A stretch of DNA of 64,000 nt, taken from Mizuhopecten yessoensis. Lineage: Eukaryota. Position numbers and translations under genes: made by a program. The stretch is taken from NCBI RefSeq assembly GCF_002113885.1, contig NW_018407496.1, positions 512,994-576,993 of the forward strand, given 5' to 3'. Each line of letters begins with the position of its first letter. Positions within the stretch are counted from its first letter, which is position 1. This document shows positions 36,901 through 50,739 of this stretch, piece after piece. The notes below the pieces were generated by a model, which was given only the letters and a program-made list of their open reading frames with translations, did no database searches and was not told the DNA's origin.

Positions 36901-39900
36901 CAGATTAAAGATACAGTCATACCAGCGGACAGCTCTACTGGTGATGCTTCAACAAATAGGACAAAGCCTGGCATATACTCAACAACGAAACGAGTTGTGA
37001 TCAATAAATCTTTCTTCAGGAAAAGAAAGATTAACGAAACAACTGCAGATATGCTGAAAAATGACAAGACCGCAGCAACACATTCAGCAGAACGAGCTAG
37101 TGACAAAACAGATTTAATGAGTTTTAAAGATCAATCTAAACAGATGGTTGAAGATACCAACAAGCGTTGTGAGGGATATCATCCGGTGTTACAAAACCCC
37201 TGGATGATGACTTTCAATACTATTGATAGAGGCAACCAGAGTGGCGAACAAAAATGTACAAACGTGAAACTAGAGACATCGAGTAACAACAAGGAAGAGA
37301 ATAATGTAGAAACTCCCAACCAGATCGACCCTGCAAAACCAGCTTCCGTTTATAGAAAGGATGATTCATCTAAAGGTGAATCTGACCAAACAAACCGTGA
37401 AACAATTGAACCAGATTCAAAACGTGGTGCGGTCACATCGGCGAAGCCCTCTGATAGGGAAACCAATGAAGAAGTATTACTTACTGTTTCAATAGGCAAT
37501 AGTGAACTCTCGGAATTCTCCACTGAAGAGACCGTCTGTCCAAGTGCCGTCATACCAGACAAACCATTCGGAGAATCACGCCAGCTCCAAGTACAACCAA
37601 TGCAAGAACAGACCATCCATGATGCTCAGATGAAACATCTTCTTGATTCCATTCATGATCAAACCACAATAGAAAGTGATTTCTCTGATGATGTGAGTGG
37701 TGATTATTGTAACCACTCGGAAATGACACAAGATGTTCACATAATTAAGACTCTGCATGTGTCTTCACGAACAGATTCACCAGTTACACAACGAAAAGAT
37801 AATCCACCCGAGGAAAAGGTTACTTTGTTGAACAAAAGAGATAGACTTATGAAACCGTTGATGAAAAACATCATAAATGCTTCAAAAGAAAGTTCAACAA
37901 AAGCAGTAAATGCCGATAATGTTGACGGGAAAATTCAGTCGGAAAGTTGTACTTTACGCAAAGGTGAGCAACACAGCGGCTCAATGCCTAATATACAGCG
38001 AACGACTGTTCATAATGATAACGAAGATCGCCCCCGTGTTGTAATAAAATACAACCGGCAGCCGTATCCTCCTGAAGGGAGACCATTGAGTGCAAGTATG
38101 GGGTCATTCAGGTTCCATAAAATACAAGGCGTGTCTGGTGAACTTGAGAAAGCACAATCTTCAAATGATATTCGAGAAGATGGATATGTCGTCAAAGAAA
38201 CTGGATATGACACTGCCAAAGACAATGGTGATCAAGGAAATTGGACTAGCATTCACAGGGCAGACGTTTCTACAACAACGGGTCTGGAATCACCAAAAGG
38301 GAATCATGTCGATGCTTATTCTAAATCAGGAATCAACCAAAAATCTGTTTCAAATCCAAAGAGAGTCAGCAAACCCGCATCAAAGGTAGCTGTTGTTGTG
38401 GCTAAAAAGATCATGAACAAAAGGAAAACTGCTGCGCCACCTCTTCTCCGATTTGACAGCTATAAGGCAGATGATGACATTCAAATACCATCTGTCATTG
38501 CTTCTTACAAACGTTCGCCTGAAGTTGAGGGACTAACAAACGACACACAAGCATTTGGTCATCCTAACGGCCAATCAGAACAACCGTACGCAGAAGCCGA
38601 TATATACAGACAGAAAGATATAAATTCTGAAATCAATTCAGTCGGTTTTTCTCCAAGAGAACTAGCTTTCGCACAAAAGCTCTCTCATGGGGAAAGAAAA
38701 ACTATGACACCATCGAATATAGAAAAGGTGAGTTACCCTGATCTTGTTTCTTCAAACACAACACAAGATCACTCTGATTCTCGAGTGTCAAATTCACTAG
38801 GGACACCAATTAAATATTCTGAAAATCAACGAAAAAAAGCACTTCGTAAAAGTTTAAGTGGATCCGCTGCCTCGGATGATTTTCTTGAAATGGCAATGAG
38901 CGAGCGGAGGGTAGTTTTACCATCACGCTTCCAGGGAAGAAAGCAGAAAGTCGCGTCCTCTAGTCCTACTAGCCAAGCTAGTCAATATGGATCATCGTCT
39001 GATCCTAGACGTCGTCAGCAGCTGGAAAACAAACTTCATGGAAGTACCGACAGGAATAGAAACATGTTTCCATTTTCAAAAAGCACCGATTCTCCTCGCG
39101 TAATTCAAGCTTCAAAAAAGATTATGGTTAAAAGAGGTACACTGCATTCATCTCAGATAATAAATAGAAATGCTGATGTAGCTGATTCCTCTGGTGAACG
39201 CCCGGATGATGAACGGGTTGCACATTCAGGACATCCAATGTACCCACTCATCGGTGGAAGAACGTCTGGTGCGACATCTGTCGATCATGAACATGATTCT
39301 TTATTGCTTAATGATCAAGATACAGAACGAGAATACTATGAAATGGGAAAGTCGTCTGAACTATTAGACAGTGATGGAATGAGTTGTGGCTTTAGACAAG
39401 ATTTATCTCATTTACAAAACATTCTCGACGAAATTGAGCCAACAAAGAATATGAGTGGGTCTACAACCTCGAGCACGTTTTTGAGCACTGCGATAAGTGA
39501 ACGAAGAGCAATCTTTCCGTGTCGGCTAAGGAGCAAAGCCAACAACTCGACAACAGGTATCGGCCCTCCTGTACTTGCCTCCAAAAGAAGCACAACAGGT
39601 CTCCGCTATGTACGAGATAGCTCTGAAACGTCTATGCAAGATGGAAATAACAGTGTAATACCCACGGAGAGCTTTGAGAAAAACACTGGGGATGACCACT
39701 CTGGAATAAATATGGCCGCCGAAAGAACTGAAGTAAACATGATGGCAGATAGCTCACAGGGAAACATGACTGACGGTTATGAAGATCGACCTGATAGCAG
39801 TCATCTCCAACAAACAAAACGTGATGTGAATTCAGTAACTTCAGAGTATGCAGTGCAGCATTTTGAATCAAACAAATCACCAGAAGAAAAGATAAAGGCT

Positions 39901-40081
39901 GTCGCTAACAGGAATGTTCAGCTTCCTGTCCCAAAGCCCAGAGAAACACTTGTTCCGAGTAACTTTCCCGTTAACAAACATAGACTACCAACCGTCTATA
40001 ACCCGCTGAGGGAGACGGTAGCCGCGACAATCAATGCCCCGACCACACCAAGACTAACAACGGCTACTCCACTTGTAACAG
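33982..40081 (+). CDS. Gene A giant exon (6100 nt, ~2033 aa), S/T/Q/N/E/K-rich and predicted disordered, with an 8-aa Q/E/T repeat region
   Basis: Uninterrupted 2042-codon ORF bounded by the acceptor (t)11gtgcag| and the donor G|gtaaga. Confidence 0.9.
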
Positions 40082-40367
40082 GTAAGACGTCCAAGTTTAT
40101 ATAAATATATAAAGAGGTAAGTGCATCTTTCTAGACGTTTGATTTCCCCCTTATAAAAGTATTTTATTACCGCCGGTATTTGGATACTTCATTTAAAATG
40201 AAAATGTTACTTATAGTTATATAATATAATAAGTTTAATCTGAAAATTGTGGCATGTCTTAGAACTCATTAGAATAATTTATAAAAGATATCACAATATG
40301 AACGAATTCTGATAAAGCAATGCTACTAAACTCTTTAACAGTACATGTATTTCATTATCTCTCACAG

Positions 40368-40600
40368 CTGTTAGGGAAGACTCAGTTGAGGGAAATGAGA
40401 TAGTGAAACCCATTATCCGGAAGCCGGCGATGGAATCTATCCCAGCAGTGTCGAGGAAGATAAAGAACTTCCGGTCCAGACAGAAGATGGTGTTGACAGG
40501 GAGACTACATCAAAAGAGCGAGGAAAACTTGAAATTTTTTAAACAAATTTCAAAAACAACAGCCGATTTTTATAAGGATCGCACGAGAAATGTACAATAA
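40368..40600 (+). CDS. Gene A terminal exon (...SEENLKFFKQISKTTADFYKDRTRNVQ*)
   Basis: Acceptor ctctcacag| in phase 1, matching the donor at 40081. The TAA stop overlaps an AATAAA. Confidence 0.75.
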
Positions 40601-40670
40601 AATTATTCTTTTGTTATATTGAATTTGTGTTCTGACAAACATACATCATAGACCCATACATTTCATATTA

Positions 40671-41323
40671 GGGGAGACCGGGGCAAGTTTGACCCATTTT
40701 TATTCGTTCTGGAAAGAATGGCATTTGTTGAAATTTATGGGCAATCAAGGCAGGTTTTGTAGAATTGTTTAACTTTTTTTTCTGTCGGAAGATTGGATGA
40801 CCGAACGTGCCCCGCTTTTGGGAAAAGGCATGTTGGGGTAAGTTCTGCCTATGTTTGCCTATTATCAGCATAGTTATGCGTCATAAAGCATGCAACGTCA
40901 TATTTTCCCGGGAATTTCACGAGTGTTGCACGGGCCTATCTGTCTTGGTATCAAGCCGAACCTGCCCCAAATATTGATATTTCAAAAATGTCATATATTA
41001 CAGCAATACAAAAGTCAATATTAGACTTTGTCTGTATACTTTCACGTAGACATCAGTGTGGTACACGTACGACAATTCGGTTTACATAAAATTGGCAAAA
41101 CTAGAAAGAAGTGACTGTCATGATTTTCTGGCTACCCCTTAAAGTAACTTTCTTCCAAGTAGTAATTTAAAAATTGGGGTTTCTCGCCATTTTTTCGTGT
41201 GAATGCCACGTCATCTGAACTGCTACTTTAAGATCCTCAAAGTTGTAAAAAAAAAATACCGGGGCCAGAAATATCAGGGATGGCCGCACTTGTCCCGGGG
41301 CCGTGACTTGCACCAGTCTCCCC
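40671..41323. mobile_element. 653-bp Tc1/mariner-pogo-like MITE with a TA target duplication
   Basis: ta[ggggagaccggggcaagt ... acttgcaccagtctcccc]ta, with internal ggggtaagtt and aacctgcccc repeats. Confidence 0.8.
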
Positions 41324-42779
41324 TAGGTATGTAGAAATCCAAAATCGTCATCTGAGAACATTGCAATCTACTATTTTACACGTTAACGTCCTCCGAATAC
41401 CATAACTGTGATAAACAGAAAAAGAAATCTCACAAAATAAGCGGATGCATTTCTGGATAAAAGTGTTGACTGTTAATAATGATGAAAGAGCAACGTACTT
41501 AGGTAGAACCTCAGTAAAGTTCAACAACATCATGCACTTACAATGATTTGTATCCAAGAATATAACTTACATTTACCTCATTATCTGATAAAATGATCCC
41601 TGTTGAAAATCCACCATTTGACGAGCAAAATTAATAAAAAGCATTTTTGCAGAAGAAATATCTTAACAATAATTGGTATTTTTTTCAGTTGTAAAAATGC
41701 AAGCTTTAACTGATCAGTTTTAATTTGACAAAAAAATCCGGTGTTCTCTCTGACTATTGTAAGCCTTTTTCATTCCTTTTCGGTAATGCAGCTGAAATTT
41801 CATGAATACTATTCGGTAAGTGCACTTTGTTTGAATAAAACTGTCTTTTTGAGCTATTCTGATGTTCTCGTAATTTAAACGTATTTTGACATTTGTTGAT
41901 GACAGAGAAAGGAAAAGACGATCAAGATAAAGCACATTTTACTAACAATGGTTTGTTGTGCTATATGCAATCACTTTTGAGATGTCTCCTTATGCTATAA
42001 TTTCCGTATTGTCGGAACCCGTAACAATGCGACTATTAGTTTTGTTTTTTTATTTTATTGACCAATCAGCATCTGTTATTCGTGTAACATCCGGAAAACC
42101 TCGTTTTGAAGTTTCATTAGCGGTAGCAACGAACATGGAAACGGGACAATCCGACCGTGGGTTACGGTCGGAAAAGTGTAATGACAATTAAGAAGAGGCG
42201 GAATAGGTTTTTGTTGTGTGGTAGTGGATGTAAGTATTCTTTTAAAATCCCACCTCATTGAATTTATATCATATAATTTGTATTACTGCGTTCTTGAACC
42301 TTCATTTGTTGCCATGTATCTGTTGTATCATTTTCATCTGCCATGTCTGCAAACAAATCATTATAAAATGCATTGGTTCATTACAGTTGACACCGTTGTA
42401 AGCGTCTGGTCGCTTTTTAAAGTTCTTCTTAATTCAGTCCACTACACTTCCGGTTGAATTTGGAGGCATTACAGAAGACATTATTTCTCAATAATAGTGA
42501 AATGTATGTACATGTGCAGTGGGTGGTAAAAGAAGTTGCATCCTAATTTCATTTAAAATATGGGTAGGCCTATTCAGTTATAAAAAGGACTAACAAGTCT
42601 GTATAAATCACAAGTCTCCAAAAAAGGGGTTATTTTACTATTAAGAGGTATAAACACATTGTGGTTAATTAGTTTCAAATCTGTCAATAAAACTATACTT
42701 GAAATTATACTGAAGTTATTAAAATGTTTCATTGGTTAAAAAATGCTTTTAAATTGGAATTAGGGAAGCCTATTTGTAT

Positions 42780-43915
42780 TTCCCCAGCTAGTTAGTAGGA
42801 GCTTGGTTCAAACTTATTGGGGTGATTTTCCCATTGTTTGTTTCACCTGGTCTGAAAAGAAAACAGGGATGGGGCATTTACCACTTGATCAGAGAGATCA
42901 TTCCAGTTATTTACCATTCTTAACTTGAACGAGTGGCCACGCAGATTACTTCTACACCTTAATTTTTCTAGTTTCTGGTTGTGACCTCTGGTTATTCTTG
43001 TTACATTGATTTTTAGAAAGTCATCTTTGATGTTGTCTATCCTATTTATTAACTTGAAAGCAGTAGGAAAGCTTGCACCATGTCTGACCTAAGTCTCCTG
43101 TACTCCATAGTGGGTAGCCCAAGAGCCTTAATTAAGTCTTTCAAGATAGGATAGGTCTTTGATACCAGGGACCAGTTTAGTGGCTCTCCTTTGGACATTT
43201 TCAATGGATATTTTATCCTTTATAAGCATGGGGGCCCAGACTACAACAGAGGTCTCTAGATATGGTCTTACAAGAGACTTATGTAGGAACATTGCCTTAT
43301 TTACACCGCTAAAAGTCCTAAAAATCATTCCTTCATTTCTGTTTGCTTTGGCTACTAACAGATTTACATGTTCACTTAACTTTAGATTATTGTCTATAGT
43401 CACGCCTAGATCCCTTTCACTAGCAACAGATTGTAGTTTGTGTACTTCCCCCTGTTTGATGATGTTGTATGAAGTATCACATTTAACAGCTCCTTGATGT
43501 AATTTTAGATGCTTACACTTCTCAGAGTTTAGCTCCATCATCCATGTTCTTCAACTTCTTGTCAAGTTGTTTAAACGGTGTAGATCTTCTTGAAGATGTT
43601 GCCCCTGATCTCCTGGATCCATTGCACGATAGATCTTGGTATCATCTGCAAACATTTTGGTCAGAATATGAATGACCTAGGGAAGGTCGTTTACATAGAT
43701 GAGAAATAAGACTGGCCCCAGCACACTACCCTGGGGGACTCCACTTATGACTTGGCATGTGCTTGATGCTCCATATCATTCAAGAAGTCTGTAATCCACC
43801 CCAATATGTCCCCGTTGATGCCATATCTCTTTATTTTATGCAATAGTCTCCTATGGGGTACTTTATCAAAGGCTTTTTTGTAATCCAAATAAATGACATC
43901 CACTTGCTTGCTTGT
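42780..43915 (-). mobile_element. 5'-truncated CR1-clade LINE, decayed RT
   Basis: VDVIYLDYKKAFDKVPHRRLL; [21 protein letters not shown]; KMFADDTKIY; ERDLGVTID; VRPYLE...WAP...ENVQRRATKLVPG. Confidence 0.92.
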
Positions 43916-44756
43916 TAATGCATTATTACACAAATTCCTCCAAAAAAACCCTGATCACTACAATTGCACTCATGCCTATGAGTTCTGTCACAGTTATCAG
44001 AAGAAGAAGAGTTTCCTTTATATTGCTTACCTTGTAAAGTAATTGCCTGATATCAAAAGCCAGACTATCTCTAGATAAAGTAAACAAATGTCACCACTTC
44101 TCTACTCAGCTGTCTTATGACATAGAATGTCATAGATTATTGACTTATGGACCTTTTGCAGATTGTTTTATGTTGGGGCCATAGTTCACAACATCATCTT
44201 TAAATCAGTCTACATCAAAAAAATAAATAAATGTGACTCATTCATAAGTTATGGAAATTATTCTGATGAGTTTGTTTATTATAAAGGCTGACATGGTCCA
44301 AGGTTCTCATTGTGTCGAAAGTATTTGTTATGTTTGTTTGCATCATACCAATAGTTAATGCATACTGGTTGCCAGTCTGTTCTTGTCATGTGCACATTCT
44401 CACCATGACATATGATGAAACCTCAAATTCTTTCAATGCAAACTACAAAATCTGTGTTTGTCCCTGTAATTTTGTTTACATCAACAGTTCTGTGCGACAT
44501 CCTTTACATTATAAGGTCCTACCTCCTGGCAACCAGCCCAGTAGATTATTAGCTGTGCTTTTCTAATTACAAAATTACAAAACTATCTTTTTCATACTTT
44601 TATTCTTTTAAACAGATTGCTATGACATGTACTTAGCTAAGTCACTAGAAAACAATACTTGAGAACAACTAATTCATAATGTATGTACATAACTGCTTAT
44701 TTTCTAATTTAATTACCATTCCATTGCCCAAAACTCCTTTTTTGTTCTAATTTTAG

Positions 44757-44885
44757 CAAGTGGTACAGTATCACCAAGAAGTTCCCCTTCCAATTCTTCA
44801 AGTACAATCAGCACCAGTTCAGGATATGTTAGTCTAAGGTTGGGCTTTTCCACCAGACTAAAAATCTTCTTTCGTAGAATATTGT
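44757..44885 (+). CDS. Gene B exon (xSGTVSPRSSPSNSSSTISTSSGYVSLRLGFSTRLKIFFRRIL)
   Basis: ttttag| ... T|gtaagt, 129 nt, phase 1-1. It is the first of nine phase-consistent exons. The start codon was not located. Confidence 0.65.
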
Positions 44886-45396
44886 GTAAGTTACCTGGAG
44901 TATTTAATTGTTAAAATATAAATACACTCAAACTGGATTAAAAAACACTGTATATTAAGGTGTGTAAATTTTCATATTTTAGAATACTAGCCCTAGGCAG
45001 ATTTTTAAGAAAAGTTCTATAAGCCTCCCCCAACCAATATTTTTGCAGTAAACTTTTAATCTGTCTTGAAATGCAGTAAATTTTTAATCTGTCTTGAAAT
45101 AAAATGTTCTAGTCAGCCTCAGGCTTGTACTTTGGAATCATATACACCTGGTATAGAAAAGGCTTTACATCTTTTTCTGTTAACAATAAGTGTAATAGCC
45201 ATGGCAGTTGTAGAGGTTTCAGGGACTTGCAAAATTTAATTATTGAAATCAAAGCAAAACCAATGTATATTTTTTTTCAAAAGTTAAATACCTGTAGATA
45301 TCAGTCATCCAAATAAATTCTAGGAGGCACTAAATTTATGTTAACTTGGAATTACTTCAGGTAGAAACAACCAAATTTTTTATTTCTATTTATCAG

Positions 45397-45530
45397 CTCG
45401 TTTTCGTAGCAATAGAAGAAGAATTCATCCAAAGCGTCAATCTAGTATTTCTTTGATGGAAGATCACTCATTGTCTATCATCATGGAGTTACCTGAACAC
45501 TCAGAATCTTCACTCGTTTCAGGAACACAG
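45397..45530 (+). CDS. Gene B exon (SRFRSNRRRIHPKRQSSISLMEDHSLSIIMELPEHSESSLVSGTQ)
   Basis: tttatcag| ... CAG|gtaaca, phase 1 to 0. Confidence 0.7.
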
Positions 45531-45949
45531 GTAACATCTACATCTTTGATGTTGATTTAGGTGCAGTTACAGTTTTATTTCTTGATAATTTACAAGGATT
45601 ACACCAAGGATTCTGTAGCAGTTGACTTTATTGAGTTGACATATTTTGGATGGCTAGACCAACATAAGAACCATTGGAAAATTGATAACTTTTTAAAGTC
45701 TACAAACACGCAGTCTTTGGTGTTGAAGCTGCATCACTTACTAGCTTGTACTGGTATCAACCTCTGATTCTTACACCACCACTTCATGATAACCATTCAT
45801 AGAACGTTTAAACTCCTCAGTCTTCACCCAATGAATGTGTTCATTTACCAATAGACTACATATATGTTCAGTAGCATGAATATGTGTACATTGTGTAATA
45901 GTAATGCCTTGCCATATGCTTAAAACATAATAGTTCTATGTATATAGGA

Positions 45950-46440
45950 TTACATGGGTATCCATTTAATATGAGACTTATTAAACGAGTTTAAGATTTA
46001 TTCAATTTAGCGAGCCTCTGGCGAGCTAAACTGAAAAATTTGTGATGAGTTTCATAAATTTCATGTGAAATGAAGACAAGTGTAAGATCCTTTTTATCAC
46101 ATAATCAAGATTTGTGACATTTATTCGTGTAAAACGACAAATTTCATACAACATTGAAATGTAAAAAGCTGCCATTTTGACTCCAGTGGGTAAGTCTGTG
46201 ACATCATATACTTGTCCTAGGCGTGACATCACAATTGAAACAATTGAAACAAGTTTACAACCAATCATAGGGCTGATAGGTCATATTGCATGGGTTAATA
46301 CGCAAAAAAATATAACATGGGTATATTCACTTGATAACACAGTACATTATGACATGGGTATATATTCACTTGATAACACAGTACATTATGACATGAGTGT
46401 ATATTCACTTGATAACACAGTACATTATGTGATAAATAGA
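45950..46440. repeat. Probable interspersed repeat with an internal ~37-39-bp triplication (46314-46430)
   Basis: acatgggtatattcacttgataacacagtacattatg occurs 3 times. tttatcacata (46092) is inverted relative to tatgtgataaa (46427). Confidence 0.5.
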
Positions 46441-46596
46441 TGTGCTGCATGATGGATTTCAGATAATTTTGTGTTATTTCACTTTATCAAATACTAAAGG
46501 AAAACAGAATTAAAAAAAAAAGTTTTTTAATTAAAAGAGAAAAAAAGAAAACTCTTACATAGGACATGTAATAAATTTATCCTGATATTTTTCCAG

Positions 46597-46657
46597 ATAG
46601 CACCATCCCCACCACCTTTATCTTCTGGTGTACAGAATATGATCAACCAATTAAGTG
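46597..46657 (+). CDS. Gene B exon (IAPSPPPLSSGVQNMINQLS)
   Basis: ttttccag| ... G|gtaagt, phase 0 to 1. Confidence 0.7.
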
Positions 46658-46929
46658 GTAAGTGAGAGGCACTAGAATATTTCTATGTACCTATTTCTAA
46701 GTTGGATATAGACCTAATGCGTTCAATTTATCTCAAAAGCAATTTCAACCAATAGCATGAAAGAGAAGTGAATTTGAAATTTGATTGTTAGAGGTTCCAC
46801 CAATACATGAATCATACAGTTCCTGTCCTATCAAATGTCTCTACCACTTATACCTTCACCTAACCAGTGATGCCCCCCCCCCCCCCCCCCCCAGTCCTTA
46901 TTAGTCATAATCTCCTCTAAACCGTACTA

Positions 46930-49920
46930 TTCATTTACCACTGACAATTAATCACCACTATCAATTTACCTACCACTCACAATCCACCCACCAATCACAA
47001 GTCACCTATCACTCACAATCCACCTTCCACTCACAATTTCATTCACAATCTCCCTTCCACTAACAATTTACCTATCACTCACAATCTACCTTCCACTCAC
47101 AATTTACCTTCCACTCACAATCCACCTACCACTCACAAGTCAGCTATCACTAGCAATTTACCTATCACTCACAATCTGCCTTCCAATCACAATTTACCTA
47201 TCCCTCAGAATCTCCCTTCCACTAACAATTTACCTATCACTCACAATTTACCTATCACACACAATCTACCTATCACTCACAAACTACCTTTCACTCACAA
47301 TTTACCTTCCACTCACAATCCACCTACCACTCACAAGTCAGCTATCACTAGCAATTTACCTATCACTCACAATCTGCCTTCCAATCACAATTTACCTATC
47401 CCTCAGAATCTACCTTCCACTAACAATTTACCTATCACTCACAAACCACCCACCACTCACAATTTCAATCACAATCTACCTTACACTAGCAATTTACCTA
47501 TCACTCACAATCTACCTTCCACTAACAATTAACCTATCACTCACAATCCCCCTTCCACTAACAACCCCCCTCCCACTAACAACCCCCCTCCCACTAACAA
47601 CCCCCCTACCCCCCACAACCCCCCTTCCCCTAACAACCCCCCTACCCCCCACAACCCCCCTTCCCCTAACAACCCCCCTACCCCCCACAACCCCCCTTCC
47701 CCTAACAACCCCCCTACCACTCACAATCCACCCACCAATCACAAGTCACCTATCAATCAGAATCTACCTTCCACTAACATTTTACCTATCACTCACAATC
47801 CACCTTCCACTAACAATCCACCTACCACTCACAATCCGCCTACCGCTACCACTCACAATCCACATACTACTCATAATTTATCAACCAATCTAACAATTTA
47901 CCTATCACTCACAATTTACCTATCACTCACAATTTACCTATCACTCACAATCCACCCACCACTTACAAGTCACCTATCACTAACAATTTACCTATCACTC
48001 ACAATTTACCTATCACACACAATCTACCTATCACTCACAAACTACCTTTCACTCACAATTTACCTTCCACTCACAATCCACCTACCACTCACAAGTCAGC
48101 TATCACTAGCAATTTACCTATCACTCACAATCTGCCTTCCACTAACAATTTACCTATCACTCACAATCCACCCACCACTCACAATTTCAATCACAATCTA
48201 CCTTCCACTAACAATTTACCTATCACTCACAATCTACCTTCCACTAACAATTAACCTATCACTCACAATTTACCTTCAACTAACAAAATACCAATCACTC
48301 AAAATTTACCTATCACTCACAATCCACCCACCCCTCCCAATTTCAATCACAATCTACCTTCCACTAACAATTTACCTATCACTCACAATCTACCTTCCAC
48401 TCACAATTTACCTTCCACTCACAATCCACCTACCACTCAAAGTCACCTATCAACTATCAATCAGAATCTACCTTCCACTAACATTTTACCTATCACTCAC
48501 AATCCACCTACCACTTACAATTTACCTATCACTCACAATCCACCCACCACTCACAAGTCACCTATCACTAACAATTTACCTATCACTCACAATTTACCTA
48601 TCACTCACAGTCTACCTTCCACTCACAATTTACCTATCACTCAGAATCTACCTTCCACTAACAATTTACTTATCACTCACAATCCACCTACCACTAACAA
48701 TTTACCTATCACTCACAATCTACCTTCCACTAACAATTTACCTATCACTCATAATCCACCTACCACTAATAATCCACCCAACATTCACATGGAGTCACAA
48801 GTCACCTATCATTAACAATCCACCTTCCACTCACAATTTATCTAACACTCACAATCTACCTTCCACTAACAATTTACCTACCACTCATAATCCACCTACC
48901 ACTCAATCCACCTACCACTCACAATCCGCCTACCGCTACCACTCACAATCCACAAACTACTCATAATTTATCAACCATTCACAATCAACCTTCCAATCAC
49001 AAACCACCTTAACAATCACAATCCACCATACCACTCACAACCCATCTTACCACTCACAATCCACCTACTACTTTATCTTCNCTCACAATCCACCTTCCAC
49101 TCACAATTTCACTCACAATCTACCTTCTACTAACAATTTACCTATCACTAACAATCTACCTTCCACTAACAATTTACCTATCACTCACAATTTACCTTCC
49201 ACTAACAATTTACCTATCACTCACAATTAACCTTCCACTAACAATTTACCTATCACTCACAATTTACCTATCACTCACAATCCACCCACCCCTCACAAGT
49301 CACCTATCACTAACAATTTACCTATCACTCACAATTTACCTATCACTCACAATCTACCTTTCACTCACAATTTACCTTCAACTCACAATCCACCTACCAC
49401 TCAAAAGTCACCTATCACTAGCAATTACCTATCACTCACAATCTACCTTCCACTCACAATTTATCTATCACTCAGAATCTACCTACCACTAACAATTTAC
49501 CTATCACTCACAATCTACCTTCCAATCACAATCCACCCACCACTAATAATCCACCCACCACTCACATGGAATCACAAGTCACCTATCATTAACAATCCAC
49601 CTTCCACTCACAATTTATCTATCACTCACAATCTACCTTCCACTAACAATTTACCTATCACTCACAATTCACCTACTGCTCATCATCCACCTACCACTCA
49701 ATCCACCTACCACTCACAATCCACATACCTCTCACAATCCACCTACCATTACCACTCACAGTCTACATACTACTCACAATTTATCTACCATTCACAATCC
49801 ACCTACCAATCACAAACCACCTCCACCTTACCACTCACAACCCATCTTACCACTCACAATCCACCTTACCACTCACAACCCATCTTACCACTCACAATCC
49901 ACCTACTACTTAATCTTAAC
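46930..49920. repeat. ~3-kb intronic 18-bp C/A-rich satellite with a C-run-rich patch at 47545-47720
   Basis: Units such as tcactcacaatttaccta and ccactaacaatctacctt. The + strand has almost no G. N at 49081. Confidence 0.95.
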
Positions 49921-50221
49921 CTACAACTAAAATTTCCTTTCCCCTATGCAATTTCTTACCACTTATATTTTGTCGGCATTCAGAATTTTTTATTATCCAC
50001 CTTTTCCATACTACCAAAGCTTAACCGTATATTCTAGTACGATTCATAACTACTCACTCATTTCAATCCTTCTATATATATTCCAAAATCCTATCACCAA
50101 TTGTGAAACCCAAACATCTTACTAACTCAAAATCCTCTCCTATTGAGTACTAGCAAAACTATTACAGTATTGCTGTAATTGTGTTTGAAAAGTTTTCAGG
50201 TATTGTTTTGTCTTTCTGTAG

Positions 50222-50397
50222 AAAAACAACCAATGAGCTGTTCTTCTAGAGGTAGCGTTCAGTCATTGTGGTCTGAAAATGAGAACGTGTCACCAACGGC
50301 TGCAGATTTGTCTCCACAACCTCCCTCCATTAGCAACATGTTTGATGTAGCCAACCTGTCTCCTGAAGCCCTGGAGAAAACCCTTGTTAACCAGCAG
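50222..50397 (+). CDS. Gene B exon (EKQPMSCSSRGSVQSLWSENE...EKTLVNQQ)
   Basis: tctttctgtag| ... CAG|gtagtg, phase 1 to 0. Confidence 0.7.
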
Positions 50398-50739
50398 GTA
50401 GTGATTCCTTCAGTCCATCAACAAACTGACAAACATGAATCAGTGATGTTACCAGCACAGTGATAGCTTTTTTTAAGTGTAATATCTTGGATGCAAGCTG
50501 TCATTTTTTCTTGCACTTCTGGCAGAATTATCCCACTTGATACTCCATGCTAGGTATTTCAATCTCCTTGATATGTTTATCACTTTTATGGGTAATTTCA
50601 CTTATGGACAACCAGCAATGATAAATCAAAAGGATGTACAAGTATTTAGAATATTCAATTAGGTCTTTAAATTATTGTTTTGCTGTTTTCTGATTCACAA
50701 TACCTCATATATTAAATCATTTACACTGTGACATGTTTG

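Noticed and set aside
35294-39880. Many hydrophobic minus-strand ORFs (also at 53790-55847 and 58840-59557)
   Set aside because: They are antisense shadows of long A-rich coding exons.
42135-42191. ATG-initiated METGQSDRGLRSEKCNDN with the hairpin tccgaccgt...acggtcgga as the start of gene B
   Set aside because: It stops after 18 codons and has no convincing phase-1 donor; it is kept only as a promoter-like region.
47512-47742. GRGVV-repeat (RGG-like) ORF
   Set aside because: It is a translation of the C-rich patch of the 18-bp satellite.
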